Shown here piece by piece: positions 10,017 to 18,867 of a stretch of DNA of 31,752 nucleotides. The first letter of the stretch is position 1. The number at the start of each line of letters is the position of its first letter. The stretch is from Planctomycetota bacterium. GTDB lineage: Bacteria; Planctomycetota; UBA11346. The translations under genes and the position numbers were made by a program. A model generated the notes under the pieces. It worked only from the letters and a program-made list of their open reading frames with translations, was not told the origin of the DNA and did not search any database. Where the stretch lies: the NCBI GenBank assembly GCA_038213805.1, contig JBBQSO010000063.1:1-31752 (forward strand), read 5' to 3'.

Positions 10017-10032
10017 ACGACAGGGGGATACC

Positions 10033-11715
10033 ATGAAGAGCACCGCAGGGGATGCAGCCAACCACCACGAGGATGAAGACGCGCTGCGCGACGGCGCAGT
10101 GCCCGGCGATGGCCCGGAGGAAGCAGCGGACGCGGCACAGGGCGACGATCGTCAGCGCAGCGGAATCGCCGGTTGGCCGATCAGCGCCGCGGTCCACGCC
10201 TTGGTGGCGCTGGTCTTCGCGTATGTGGTGTTCGCGGCGCACAAACAGGAGGAGGAGCTCGCGCCGATGCAGGTGACGGTCATCGATGCGCCGCCGAAGA
10301 AGGATCCTCCGAAGGACCAGCGCCAGATCATGGCTCAGGTGCCACTCGACATCCAGACGCCTGAGGACACGACAGTCGCGCCGATCACGACTCTCGACGT
10401 CATGCCCGAGGAATTCTCCCAGAGCGAAGAGAATAATGATGCGATGGCTGCCAAGGGCCGCGAGGAGGCGGTTTCAACCAGCGAGCAGGGATCCAGCGGC
10501 GCCTTCGCCGCGATCGGCGCCGGCTCCGGAGCTTCAGGGCTGCACGGATTGCGCACCGGCGGTGGCCGCCATCGCGCGCTGCAGGCCGGCGGGGCCAGTC
10601 GCCTCAGCGAAGGCGCCGTGGACGCGGCGCTGCGCTGGTTCAAGAAGCATCAGAGCGCGAACGGCATGTGGGATGCAGAGAAGTATCCGGCGAACTGCAC
10701 CGAGAACCCCAAGTGCGAGCCCGGCTCGACCACCGCGGCGGGGGCCAGCGATGCGAGCATCGCCCTGACCGGCTACGCGGTGCTGTGCTTCCTTGGCTCC
10801 GGCTACGACCACAAGACCCCGAGCAAGTTCAAGGCCACCGTGCAGAAGGCCCTCGATTACCTGCGCTCGGTGCAGAAGCCCGACGGCCTGCTCGGGGTGC
10901 GCAACTACGAGCACGCGGTCGGTACCTACGCGCTCTCGGACGCCTACGGCATGACCTTCGATCCAGACCTGAAGGCCCCGGCGCAGCGCGCCGTCAACCT
11001 ACTCATCAGCCGCCAGGCCAAGGACACCGGCAAGGACGCGGACAAGGCCTATAGCGGCCTGGGTTGGGACTACGAGGCGGCCAACCCGGCGCGCAACGAC
11101 TCCTCGGTCAGCGGCTGGTGCGTGATGGCGCTCAAGAGCGCGCTCGGCGCCGGGCTCCAGGTCGGCAACAGCATGGAGGGCTCGAAGAAGTGGCTCGAAC
11201 GTTCCTGGAAGGCGGCGAATAAGGATTGGGCGAAGCTGACCGACCCGTACACCGCGATGTCGAGCTTCCCCTACACCTGGGATGCGACCAGCGACGTGGT
11301 GCAGATCGATCCTCCGGGCAGCCCGATGCACGACATGGCGCCGGTCGGCGCGCTGTGCGCGGTGTTCCTCGGCCACCATGCCGGCAACGTCATGCTCGAG
11401 TCCCTGTGCAACCACATCTCGAAGTACCAGATGCCGACCAAGTATCCCTGCAACACCTACTACCTGTACTATGACACCGCAGCGATGTTCCAGGCTGGCG
11501 GTGAGCGCTGGAAGCGCTGGAACAACACCGTCCGCGACATGCTGGTGAATGCCCAGCGCGGCGGTGACGATTGCTTCAACGGCAGCTGGGATCCGCAGGG
11601 CACGGTCTTCCACGGCAGCGAGGTCGGTCGCGTGCTGAGCACCGCTTACTGCTGCCTCTGCCTGGAGGTGTACTACCGGCAGGCGATCGTGGGGCATGAG
11701 CCGGTCGCAAAATAG
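10033..11715 (+). CDS. Membrane-anchored prenyltransferase-repeat protein, paralog 3
   Basis: Highly similar to paralog 1 (SGIAGWPISAAVHALVAL, KGREEAVS, GYDHKTPSKFKATVQK, NDSSVSGWCVMALKS, STAYCCLCLEVYYR). Confidence 0.88.
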   Translation: MKSTAGDAANHHEDEDALRDGAVPGDGPEEAADAAQGDDRQRSGIAGWPISAAVHALVALVFAYVVFAAHKQEEELAPMQVTVIDAPPKKDPPKDQRQIMAQVPLDIQTPEDTTVAPITTLDVMPEEFSQSEENNDAMAAKGREEAVSTSEQGSSGAFAAIGAGSGASGLHGLRTGGGRHRALQAGGASRLSEGAVDAALRWFKKHQSANGMWDAEKYPANCTENPKCEPGSTTAAGASDASIALTGYAVLCFLGSGYDHKTPSKFKATVQKALDYLRSVQKPDGLLGVRNYEHAVGTYALSDAYGMTFDPDLKAPAQRAVNLLISRQAKDTGKDADKAYSGLGWDYEAANPARNDSSVSGWCVMALKSALGAGLQVGNSMEGSKKWLERSWKAANKDWAKLTDPYTAMSSFPYTWDATSDVVQIDPPGSPMHDMAPVGALCAVFLGHHAGNVMLESLCNHISKYQMPTKYPCNTYYLYYDTAAMFQAGGERWKRWNNTVRDMLVNAQRGGDDCFNGSWDPQGTVFHGSEVGRVLSTAYCCLCLEVYYRQAIVGHEPVAK

Positions 11716-11716
11716 A

Positions 11717-11776
11717 GCGGAAGGACCGAAGGGCGGAAGGGCAGAAGGGGGTATCCCTTCTGCCCTTCCGCTTTTC
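11717..11776 (+). terminator. Intrinsic terminator built from 8-bp tandem repeats
   Basis: Units GCGGAAGG/ACCGAAGG/GCGGAAGG/GCAGAAGG; perfect 17-bp stem 11733-11749 with 11755-11771, loop GGTAT, then TTTT. Confidence 0.85.
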
Positions 11777-11968
11777 CTACAGCCATCATGTTTCCCCGGC
11801 TTTACCCGGAGAGACCCTCGCCTGATCATGCCTCCGTCCGTTCCTTGGCTGCCCCGCCGTCCTGCGACCCCCGTGGTCTCCCGGAAAAACCCGGTTGAGC
11901 GCCCTGCCACAAGGCGATATGCCTAGGCCCCCGCCGCCCAACCGATGGCGGGTGACGAGGGGGCGCCT

Positions 11969-14527
11969 GTGGGATTCCTGGGACTGCGCAAGGCGAAGTG
12001 GCGGCATGCGGATCCGGCGGTGCGCCTGGCCGGCGTGGCCGACCTGACTTATGACCAGCAGGCGTTGTTCGCCAAGCTCGCCGGCGAGGACGCGGATGGT
12101 CGCGTGCGCCTGGCCGCGGCGCGCCGCATCAACGATCAGGGGGCGCTGCAGCGCCTGCTGCAGGCCGGCGATCCGGAGGTCGCGCGGCTCGCCCGCGAGC
12201 GCCTCGCCGGGGTGGCCGTCAAGCTTGCCCTGGAGCGCCCATTCGGCGAGGTCGGGGCGATGCTCGGCACCATCGCCGACCAGAAGTCGCTGGCCGAGCT
12301 CAGTCTGTCGGCCAAGGACGCGCAGGTGCGCGAAGCCGCCCTCGCCCGCCTGCTCGCGTTGCCGGAGCCCAGCCCGGCGCTGCTGGTGATGATCGCGGTG
12401 CAGGATGCCGGCGGGGCCTTCGGCCTGCGCGCGGTGGCCAAGCTCGACAAGCGCGGCCTGCTCAAGGATGTCGCGCGCAAGGCCAAGCACGCCGGGGTGC
12501 AGGCGGCAGCAGTGGCGCGCGCCGAGGTGCTCGAAGCAGAGAGTGGCAAGCCCACCCCCGAGCAGCTGCGCAAAGCCCGGCTCAAGGCCCTTGAGGCGCT
12601 CGCGGCGCAGGGCGTGCGCCTGGCAGTGACCAGCGACCACGAGCGCGCTGCCGCCGAGTGGACCGGCGTCGAGGCGCGCCGCGTCGCGGTGCTCGCTGAG
12701 TTCGCGGCGGTGCCGCTCGATGATACGGCGCGCGCCATCGATGAGCGTCTCCAGCGCGGGCATCGAGATTTCACCGCGCGCCGCGCTGCCGAACAGGCGG
12801 CGCGCGAGGCCGCAGAGGCCGCGCGTGAGAGCTTCCTGGCAGCCTTGACCGGCGAGGCCGCCGCCGCCGAGCCCGCAGCGCGCCGCGCCGAGCTGAACGC
12901 GGCCTGGACGGCGCTCGGCGTTCTGCCCGCGCAGAATAAGCGCGTTCTCGAGGCGCGCTTCGTCCAGGAGTTGGCGCGCATCTGCCCGTTGCCGTCCGCC
13001 GCCGCCGCCGGCGTGGCGTCTGACGCGTCAATCGCCACAGCTGAGGCGATCGCCGCGCGCGGCGACGGCCTGGACGAGGCCGCGCGCACTGAGCTGCAGA
13101 CCCTGACCGACGAGAGCGCTGCCCTCGCCGCCAAGGAGGGCCTGCAGCACGGCGACGACTTCCGCGACGTGATCGACCGCTTCCGCGTGCTACACAAGCG
13201 CTGGCTCTTCCTGAGCGCACCGCTGCCGGAGCGTCATCCGCTGCGCGCTGGCTTCATGGATGCCTACGGCCGGTTCAAGGAGCGGCAACGCGCCTGGCGC
13301 GACGAGCGCACCGCGCAGGCGACTGAGCGCGTGACCCGGCTCACCGCCCTGGCGGTGGAGGCCGAGGCTCTGGCCGCGCAGCCGCCCAGCGAGGCGGAGC
13401 TGCGTCCGCGTTTCGACCGCCTACGCCAACTGCAGGCCGAGTGGAAGGCGGTCGGCGCCGTGCGGCTGGAGCTGATCAAAGTGGTTCGTTCGCGCTTCCG
13501 CGCGGCTTGCGACGAGGCCTACAAGCCGGTCAAGGCTCTGCAGGAAGCCGAGGACTGGGCGCGCTTCGCCCAGTTCGCCAAGGCCGAGGAACTGGCCGCC
13601 GCCGTCGAGGCGCTGAGCGCTGTGGAGGATCTCGCTGCGGTCGCGCAGCACGTCAAGCGCGCCCAGCAGGACTGGAAGACCCTTGGCCCGCTGCCGCGCG
13701 ACAAGCGCGAGTCCGCCTGGCAGCGTTTCCGCGTCGCCTGCGACGCGCAGTACGAGCGCCTCAAGCCGCATTTCGCCGCGCTTGACGCAGCGCGCGCCAG
13801 CAATCTCGAGCGCAAGCGCGCGCTGGTCGCCGAGGTCGGGCAGATCGCCGGACAGGCGCCGATCGGCCTGGCCGGCAGTCCCGCCGACCGTCTGGCGAAG
13901 AAGGCCGCGGCCGAGCGCATCAAGGCCATCCAGCAGGAATGGCGCAGTGTCGGCCCGGTGCCGCGCGAGCACGACCAGGAGCTGTGGACCGCGTTCCGCG
14001 CGGCCTGCGACGGCTTCTTCGGCCAGCACCGCGCGGAGATCTCGGAACAGCACCAGGAGTTCATGGCCAACTTCGAGCGCAAACAGGCGCTGTGCGTCGC
14101 CGCTGAGACCCTCGCCGGCGAGGCCGAGGCCGGCGTCGCCGATCCGGGCAAGGCCCAGCCCGGCGGCGAGGTCATGCGCCGCATCAAGGACGTGCAGGCC
14201 GCGTGGAAGACCATCGGCCACGTACCGCGCGAACACGTCGAGACGGTGTGGACGCGCTTCCGCACCGCCTGCGACCGCGTTTACGCGACGCTGAAGGAGC
14301 ACATCGCCGCGCAGGAGGCGGAGCGGCAGGACAACCTCGCCAAGAAGCGCGCCATCCTGGTCGAGGCCGAGGAGCTGCTGAAGCACGAGAACGCGCACTG
14401 GTTCAAGGACGACTTCCGCGACCTCCAGCGTCAGTGGCGCGAGATCGGCTACGTCCCGCGCGAAAACATGGACGAGCTGGCGCAGCGCTTCCGCGAGGTC
14501 TTCGACAAGGCCATGGCATTGAAATAG
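11969..14527 (+). CDS. DUF349-domain protein
   Basis: N-terminal KWRHADPAVRLA HEAT-like start; five W-x-x-(I/V/L)-G repeats (WKAVGAVR, WKTLGPLPR, WRSVGPVPR, WKTIGHVPR, WREIGYVPR), most followed by (R/A)FR.ACD. Start placed at GTG 11969 after GAGGGG; ATG 11945 is the alternative. Confidence 0.88.
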   Translation: MGFLGLRKAKWRHADPAVRLAGVADLTYDQQALFAKLAGEDADGRVRLAAARRINDQGALQRLLQAGDPEVARLARERLAGVAVKLALERPFGEVGAMLGTIADQKSLAELSLSAKDAQVREAALARLLALPEPSPALLVMIAVQDAGGAFGLRAVAKLDKRGLLKDVARKAKHAGVQAAAVARAEVLEAESGKPTPEQLRKARLKALEALAAQGVRLAVTSDHERAAAEWTGVEARRVAVLAEFAAVPLDDTARAIDERLQRGHRDFTARRAAEQAAREAAEAARESFLAALTGEAAAAEPAARRAELNAAWTALGVLPAQNKRVLEARFVQELARICPLPSAAAAGVASDASIATAEAIAARGDGLDEAARTELQTLTDESAALAAKEGLQHGDDFRDVIDRFRVLHKRWLFLSAPLPERHPLRAGFMDAYGRFKERQRAWRDERTAQATERVTRLTALAVEAEALAAQPPSEAELRPRFDRLRQLQAEWKAVGAVRLELIKVVRSRFRAACDEAYKPVKALQEAEDWARFAQFAKAEELAAAVEALSAVEDLAAVAQHVKRAQQDWKTLGPLPRDKRESAWQRFRVACDAQYERLKPHFAALDAARASNLERKRALVAEVGQIAGQAPIGLAGSPADRLAKKAAAERIKAIQQEWRSVGPVPREHDQELWTAFRAACDGFFGQHRAEISEQHQEFMANFERKQALCVAAETLAGEAEAGVADPGKAQPGGEVMRRIKDVQAAWKTIGHVPREHVETVWTRFRTACDRVYATLKEHIAAQEAERQDNLAKKRAILVEAEELLKHENAHWFKDDFRDLQRQWREIGYVPRENMDELAQRFREVFDKAMALK

Positions 14528-14533
14528 CTGGGG

Positions 14534-14678
14534 CCGGAAGTCCGGGGTCCGGAAGTCCGGAAGTCTCGGGGATAGGACATCGCGGCCGTATTCGCTGGTC
14601 CAGCGATAGTCTGAGAAAGATTGCGGCGCAGCAGCACGCTGCAGTCGACTTCCGGACTTCCGGACCCCGGACTTCCGG
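14534..14678. repeat. Perfect 32-bp inverted repeat made of CCGGAAGT octamers, 81 nt spacer, between convergent genes
   Basis: 14534-14565 CCGGAAGTCCGGGGTCCGGAAGTCCGGAAGTC is the exact reverse complement of 14647-14678. Confidence 0.95.
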
Positions 14679-14696
14679 ACTTGCGGACCGGGGCAA

Positions 14697-15629
14697 TCAG
14701 CGGTCCGTGAGCAGCTTCTCGATGGTCACGTCGTAGGCGACGCGCAGCGCGCCTTCTGCGGGCACGCCGTGGCGCAGCAGTTCGAGCAGATTGGCGAGGT
14801 GCGCGCGCCGGCGCGGGTGGGTGAGGTAGGCACAGATCGCACCGGCCAATGGCGGATCGGGCTGGGGGCTGAGCAGCGCGGCGCGCAGCGCCTCGGGGCC
14901 GGCGTTCTGGCGCAGGGCCTGCATGCCGACCGGGCTGGGTCCGCCGTCGTGGCCCTTGGCACGCGCCACCTGGGCCAGGCCGCGGCTCAGCCACGGCGGC
15001 CAGCCACCGCGCGGGGGCGCAGTCAGATCGAGCGCAAGCAGCGTGAATTCCGCGCACAGCAGCTCACGCCGCGCGAGACCCTCGGGTGGTGCGCGCAGAC
15101 GCAGGCCGGGCGCGGCCGGGCGCACCAAGCGGTCCTGGCCAGGGAAGGGATCGAGGTGCGGTCGATCGACGACCAGCAGCAGCGGCCCGCTCCAGCGTGG
15201 CCAGGGCAGCGGGGACAGCAGCTCCTGGACCAGGCGCAGGCCCGATTCCGCATCTTCAGCCAAGTGCGGGACCACGTTGTCGCTGTACACCTGTACCGGG
15301 CCATTCGGCGCGGGCAGACCGAGGCGGGCGAATTCCTGCGCCTGCCACAGCGACAGGACCAGGTCGAGCCGGCCGATCGAGGTCAGGGGCGCGGGTGTGG
15401 AGATGACCAGCTCCCAGGCCTGCGCGACGCGCTCGCCGGCCAGTGCCGCCGACACGCGGTCGTCGAGCGGGGCTTCGGGCAGGGCGAGCAGCCAGTCGGC
15501 GCGCAGTCGTGGGCTGAGACCGGCCAGCGGCAGGCCGAGTGGCAGGTAGGCGCCGGCGAGTTCGACGGTGCCGCGCTCGGCCCGGACGGGGTGCACGGAC
15601 AGGACGGAGAGGGCGGTGACGAGGTCCAT
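14697..15629 (-). CDS. Hypothetical protein with degenerate gluzincin/peptidase-MA-like signature
   Basis: 311-codon ORF from ATG 15629 in a region with no better candidate; contains RELLCAEFTLLAL...WPPWLSRGLAQ. Confidence 0.65.
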   Translation of the reverse strand: MDLVTALSVLSVHPVRAERGTVELAGAYLPLGLPLAGLSPRLRADWLLALPEAPLDDRVSAALAGERVAQAWELVISTPAPLTSIGRLDLVLSLWQAQEFARLGLPAPNGPVQVYSDNVVPHLAEDAESGLRLVQELLSPLPWPRWSGPLLLVVDRPHLDPFPGQDRLVRPAAPGLRLRAPPEGLARRELLCAEFTLLALDLTAPPRGGWPPWLSRGLAQVARAKGHDGGPSPVGMQALRQNAGPEALRAALLSPQPDPPLAGAICAYLTHPRRRAHLANLLELLRHGVPAEGALRVAYDVTIEKLLTDR

Positions 15630-15798
15630 GGCGCCTGCGGTGGACAGGGATCTGCGGGTCGCGGCCGGCGCCGGCAAGTGGTGCTGGCCTTGGGGAGGCT
15701 GCGGAGCATGCTGCCCGGGAATCGGGGATCCGGCAAGCAATCGTCCGTCGGCCACAGCCGCTCCCCAGGAGCCCTGCGGCGACACGCTGGATGCGGCC

Positions 15799-16560
15799 GT
15801 GACCCGGGACCACCAGAAGGACCGCATGTTCCGCCGGCGCACCGACCAAGTCTATTCCACGCTGCAGCAGGTGCAGAGACGCATCACCGAGCAGACCGGG
15901 GCGGCGGATGAGGCCCGTGCCGAGGCGGCAGCGGTCGCCGCTGCCCAGCCGCTGGTCCACCTCCAGCCGCTGGCCAGCGCCCTGCCCGCCACGCGCGCAG
16001 GCGGGCCCGAGGGCGCGCTGCAGGCGCCGCCGTTGCAGCCGACCATGCCGCGCCTGCCCACCGGGGAGCGCCGCTACGTGCTGCAGCTCTCCGGCGAGAT
16101 CGCGCTGACCCTGGCCGTGGTGTGGATCCTGAGCATCGTGGTTGCCTTCGTGCTCGGGCAGCGCCTGCGCGGCGGCGCGTCCGCCGGATTGGCGCTGGGT
16201 GATGCGGGCAGCCGGACGCCGGGCGAAAGCGCGGTCATTTCCAGCGATGCGGGCGATTACGTGCTCGAACTGGAAAGCAGCCCCCAGGACGATGCGCAGA
16301 CCACGAACAGGCTCGAAGCGCAAGCCAAGGCGCTCAATGATTTCGTGCGCGCCGGCAACAACCCGACCTACAAGCCGTATTTCGGCGTGCGTCGCGCAGC
16401 CTCTGGTTCCCAGCAGCTGGTGTTCGGCCTGGTCGACAATGTGTTCGGCGTGAACCGCGAGCGCTTCAAGCCCTTCGCCGACAGCCTTTCCAAGCCGCGC
16501 TCCTCCGGCGGCGGCGGCTACACCAGTGCGCGCTGGGTCCAGGTCGGCGGCGCGCGCTGA
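15799..16560 (+). CDS. Single-TM hypothetical protein, possibly with a SPOR-like C-terminal domain
   Basis: TM IALTLAVVWILSIVVAFVLG; C-terminal GDYVLELESS...LEAQAKALND resembles the SPOR beta-alpha start. Start is GTG 15799 or ATG 15826. Confidence 0.7.
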   Translation: MTRDHQKDRMFRRRTDQVYSTLQQVQRRITEQTGAADEARAEAAAVAAAQPLVHLQPLASALPATRAGGPEGALQAPPLQPTMPRLPTGERRYVLQLSGEIALTLAVVWILSIVVAFVLGQRLRGGASAGLALGDAGSRTPGESAVISSDAGDYVLELESSPQDDAQTTNRLEAQAKALNDFVRAGNNPTYKPYFGVRRAASGSQQLVFGLVDNVFGVNRERFKPFADSLSKPRSSGGGGYTSARWVQVGGAR

Positions 16561-16573
16561 CGTGCCAGCGGGC

Positions 16574-17275
16574 ATGACTGCCTTCCCGGACGGCGCCTTC
16601 CCACGTCATCAGCTGCTGTGGCCGATGGTCGAGGCGCGCCTGCCGGCGGGCGAGCTGGCCCACGACCGCGAGCACCTCGCGCGGGTCTACGCCTGGGCGC
16701 TGCGCCTCGCAGGCGAAGGCGGCGTCGATGCCGATCTGGCCGGTGCCACCGCCTTGGTCCACGACCTGGTCTTCGTCCCCAAGGACAGCGCCGACCGCGC
16801 CCAGGGTGGCGCGCGCTCGGCCGCGGCCGCGCCCGCGCTGCTCGCCACGGCCGGTTACGCCGCCGCGGAGGCGGAGCAGATCGCCCTCGCGGTCGCGACC
16901 TCGTCCTGGTCGCGCGGGCTGGCGCCTGGCAATGCGCTGGGCGTGGTGCTGCAGGACGCCGACCGCCTCGATGCGCTCGGTGCCATCGGCCTGCTGCGCA
17001 GCGCAGCCTGCGCGCAATTCATGTCGCGGGTCGACCGTCCGGGGCGCTTCTACGACCCTGGCGATCCCTTCGCTGACAGCGGTCGGCCGCTCGATGACCG
17101 TCTTCAGGCCATCGACCACTGCTATGCGAAGCTGCTGCGGCTCGCCCCCGGGCTGCGCCTGCCTGGCGCGCGCGCAGAAGGGGCACGGCGGCATGCAACG
17201 ATCGTGGCCTTCCTGGCGGCGCTGCGCGGGGAGCTGGGGCAGGGCATGGCGGACCAGGCAGAGGCCATGGGATGA
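16574..17275 (+). CDS. HD-superfamily phosphohydrolase (YedJ-like)
   Basis: AHDREHLARV, ALVHDL, LQDADRLDALGAIG, IDHCYAKLLRL. Confidence 0.9.
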   Translation: MTAFPDGAFPRHQLLWPMVEARLPAGELAHDREHLARVYAWALRLAGEGGVDADLAGATALVHDLVFVPKDSADRAQGGARSAAAAPALLATAGYAAAEAEQIALAVATSSWSRGLAPGNALGVVLQDADRLDALGAIGLLRSAACAQFMSRVDRPGRFYDPGDPFADSGRPLDDRLQAIDHCYAKLLRLAPGLRLPGARAEGARRHATIVAFLAALRGELGQGMADQAEAMG

Positions 17276-17447
17276 CCACGGCCAGCGTCGCCCGCGCTAC
17301 GCGATCCGCCCGGAGACGTTGTTGGCGATCCGGCGATCCGGCGGGCCTGGATCCAGGAATCAGCGACAGCTTGGCGGCGCGGGGCGCATGCCCAGGGCAA
17401 CCTTGGACAACCGCACCGGAACGCTGATCCTCGCACTCACCTGGCCA

Positions 17448-17456
17448 TGGTATAAT
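17448..17456 (+). promoter_or_regulatory. Extended -10 promoter TGnTATAAT
   Basis: TGGTATAAT is a perfect match ending 13 nt before ATG 17470, with no SD in between. Confidence 0.65.
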
Positions 17457-17469
17457 CCCCTGAACACGC

Positions 17470-18867
17470 ATGAACTCCTTCCGCGCCCGCTGGCCTGATC
17501 GTCTCGGCTTCGTCGTCGCCATCGTCGGCGTCAGCCTGGGGCTGGGCGTCACGCGGGGTAGCGCTGGACCGGTCGACGGGGTGCAGCTGATCATGTGGCT
17601 TGCGACCCTGACGCTGGTGGTGCTGCCGCTGCTGATCATCGAACTGGGCGTCGGCGTGGTCTTCCAGAACGCCCTCGCCGAATGCTGTCGCAAGGCCAAC
17701 CGTCATTGCGAAACCCTTGGTTGGCTGGGCGCCGGGCTCGCCTATATCGCGCTGGTCCTTGGTCTGGTCGCGGTCGGCGGCTACCTGGTCTCGGCCTACG
17801 ACAGCGCGCTGGCCGCGCTCGCGAACCAGGCCCTGCCGGGGTCCGGTCCGCGCGCCGACAGCGGTCCGGTGATCCTGGCCATCGCCGCGCTGGTGGCGCT
17901 GATCGACCGGCGCCTGTGGCGCGGCGCGCCGAGCATCGCGCGCACTGCACAGCTGGTGGTGCCCGCCGGCCTGGTCGGCCTGGCCGCCCTCATCGTGGTG
18001 TTCGCTTCGCGACCTGGTGCCTGCGATGGCCTCGCCTTGCTGCTCGGCCCGGGCCCGGGCGGCTGGGGGCGCCTGCTCGACGTATCGGCATGGCTGATGG
18101 CGATAGGCCAGGGTGTGGCCGCGTGGCTGATCGGCCTTGGCCTGTTCGCGGCGTTCGGCAGCTATCTGAACCGGGCCAGCGACGTCACCGCCATGAGCGC
18201 CATCGCGGTGTGCGCTGCCGGTCTCTGCCAGCTGGTGATGGTCGTGGTCACCGCCCTGGCCATCGGCCTGAGCGGAGGCGCGCTGCCGCTGATCGGTGCC
18301 GCCACCGTCCATCCCGAAGGGCCGGTGCCGTTCGCCATCGTCGGTCTGGGCGGCACACCGTGGATCCTCGGTTGGCTGGCAACGGTGTGGTTCGCTGTGC
18401 TCGTGGCCTTCGCCCTACCCGCGCTGCTCGCTTTGGCCGAGGCGGTGGTCGCGCCACTCATCGATAAATTCCATCTGCCGCGCGAGCGCGCCGTGGCCAG
18501 CGTGTGCATGACCGCGTTCTTCGCCGCGGCGCTGCTCGCCGCGCTGCCGGTCGACGACTGGCAGGGGCGCGCCGAGGTGGTGCTGGGCGGGGCCGCGGCG
18601 CTGCTGCTCGCCGCGCAGGCCGCGTTCTCCTACCGGGCCGCAGATCTGCCCGCTCTGCAGCGCCACCTCAACGCCTATTCAGCCTTCAGTCTGGCATGGC
18701 CGTGGCGCGCGGCGGTCGCCTTCGCGCTACCGCTTCTGGCGCTGCTCAGCGGCCTGCAGATGGTGCGGCCGCTGCCCGCGGCGTTGGAGTGGTGGGTGGT
18801 GGCCGGTGCGGTGCTGCTCGCCACCGTCGCTTGGATCATCGCACGCCTGCCGGCGAGGGGCCTGTGA
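17470..18867 (+). CDS. Sodium-dependent transporter, NSS/SNF family (degenerate)
   Basis: RARWPDRLGFVVAIVGVSLGLG, LPLLIIELGVG, WLMAIGQ, FGSYL, EAVVAPLIDKF follow the NSS family layout; about 11-12 hydrophobic segments. Confidence 0.8.
   Translation: MNSFRARWPDRLGFVVAIVGVSLGLGVTRGSAGPVDGVQLIMWLATLTLVVLPLLIIELGVGVVFQNALAECCRKANRHCETLGWLGAGLAYIALVLGLVAVGGYLVSAYDSALAALANQALPGSGPRADSGPVILAIAALVALIDRRLWRGAPSIARTAQLVVPAGLVGLAALIVVFASRPGACDGLALLLGPGPGGWGRLLDVSAWLMAIGQGVAAWLIGLGLFAAFGSYLNRASDVTAMSAIAVCAAGLCQLVMVVVTALAIGLSGGALPLIGAATVHPEGPVPFAIVGLGGTPWILGWLATVWFAVLVAFALPALLALAEAVVAPLIDKFHLPRERAVASVCMTAFFAAALLAALPVDDWQGRAEVVLGGAAALLLAAQAAFSYRAADLPALQRHLNAYSAFSLAWPWRAAVAFALPLLALLSGLQMVRPLPAALEWWVVAGAVLLATVAWIIARLPARGL

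Noticed and set aside
6229..11715. Squalene-hopene cyclase or terpene biosynthetic cluster
   Set aside because: No DxDD motif, a single barrel behind a TM anchor, and no isoprenoid pathway genes nearby.
17324..17357. GGCGATCC x2 and palindrome CCTGGATCCAGG
   Set aside because: Too short to distinguish from chance, with no inverted partner array.
18504..18863. 120-aa N-terminal extension of the 18504-19949 ORF
   Set aside because: Overlaps the transporter's TM-coding region; GTG 18864 with a GTGA overlap is the better start.
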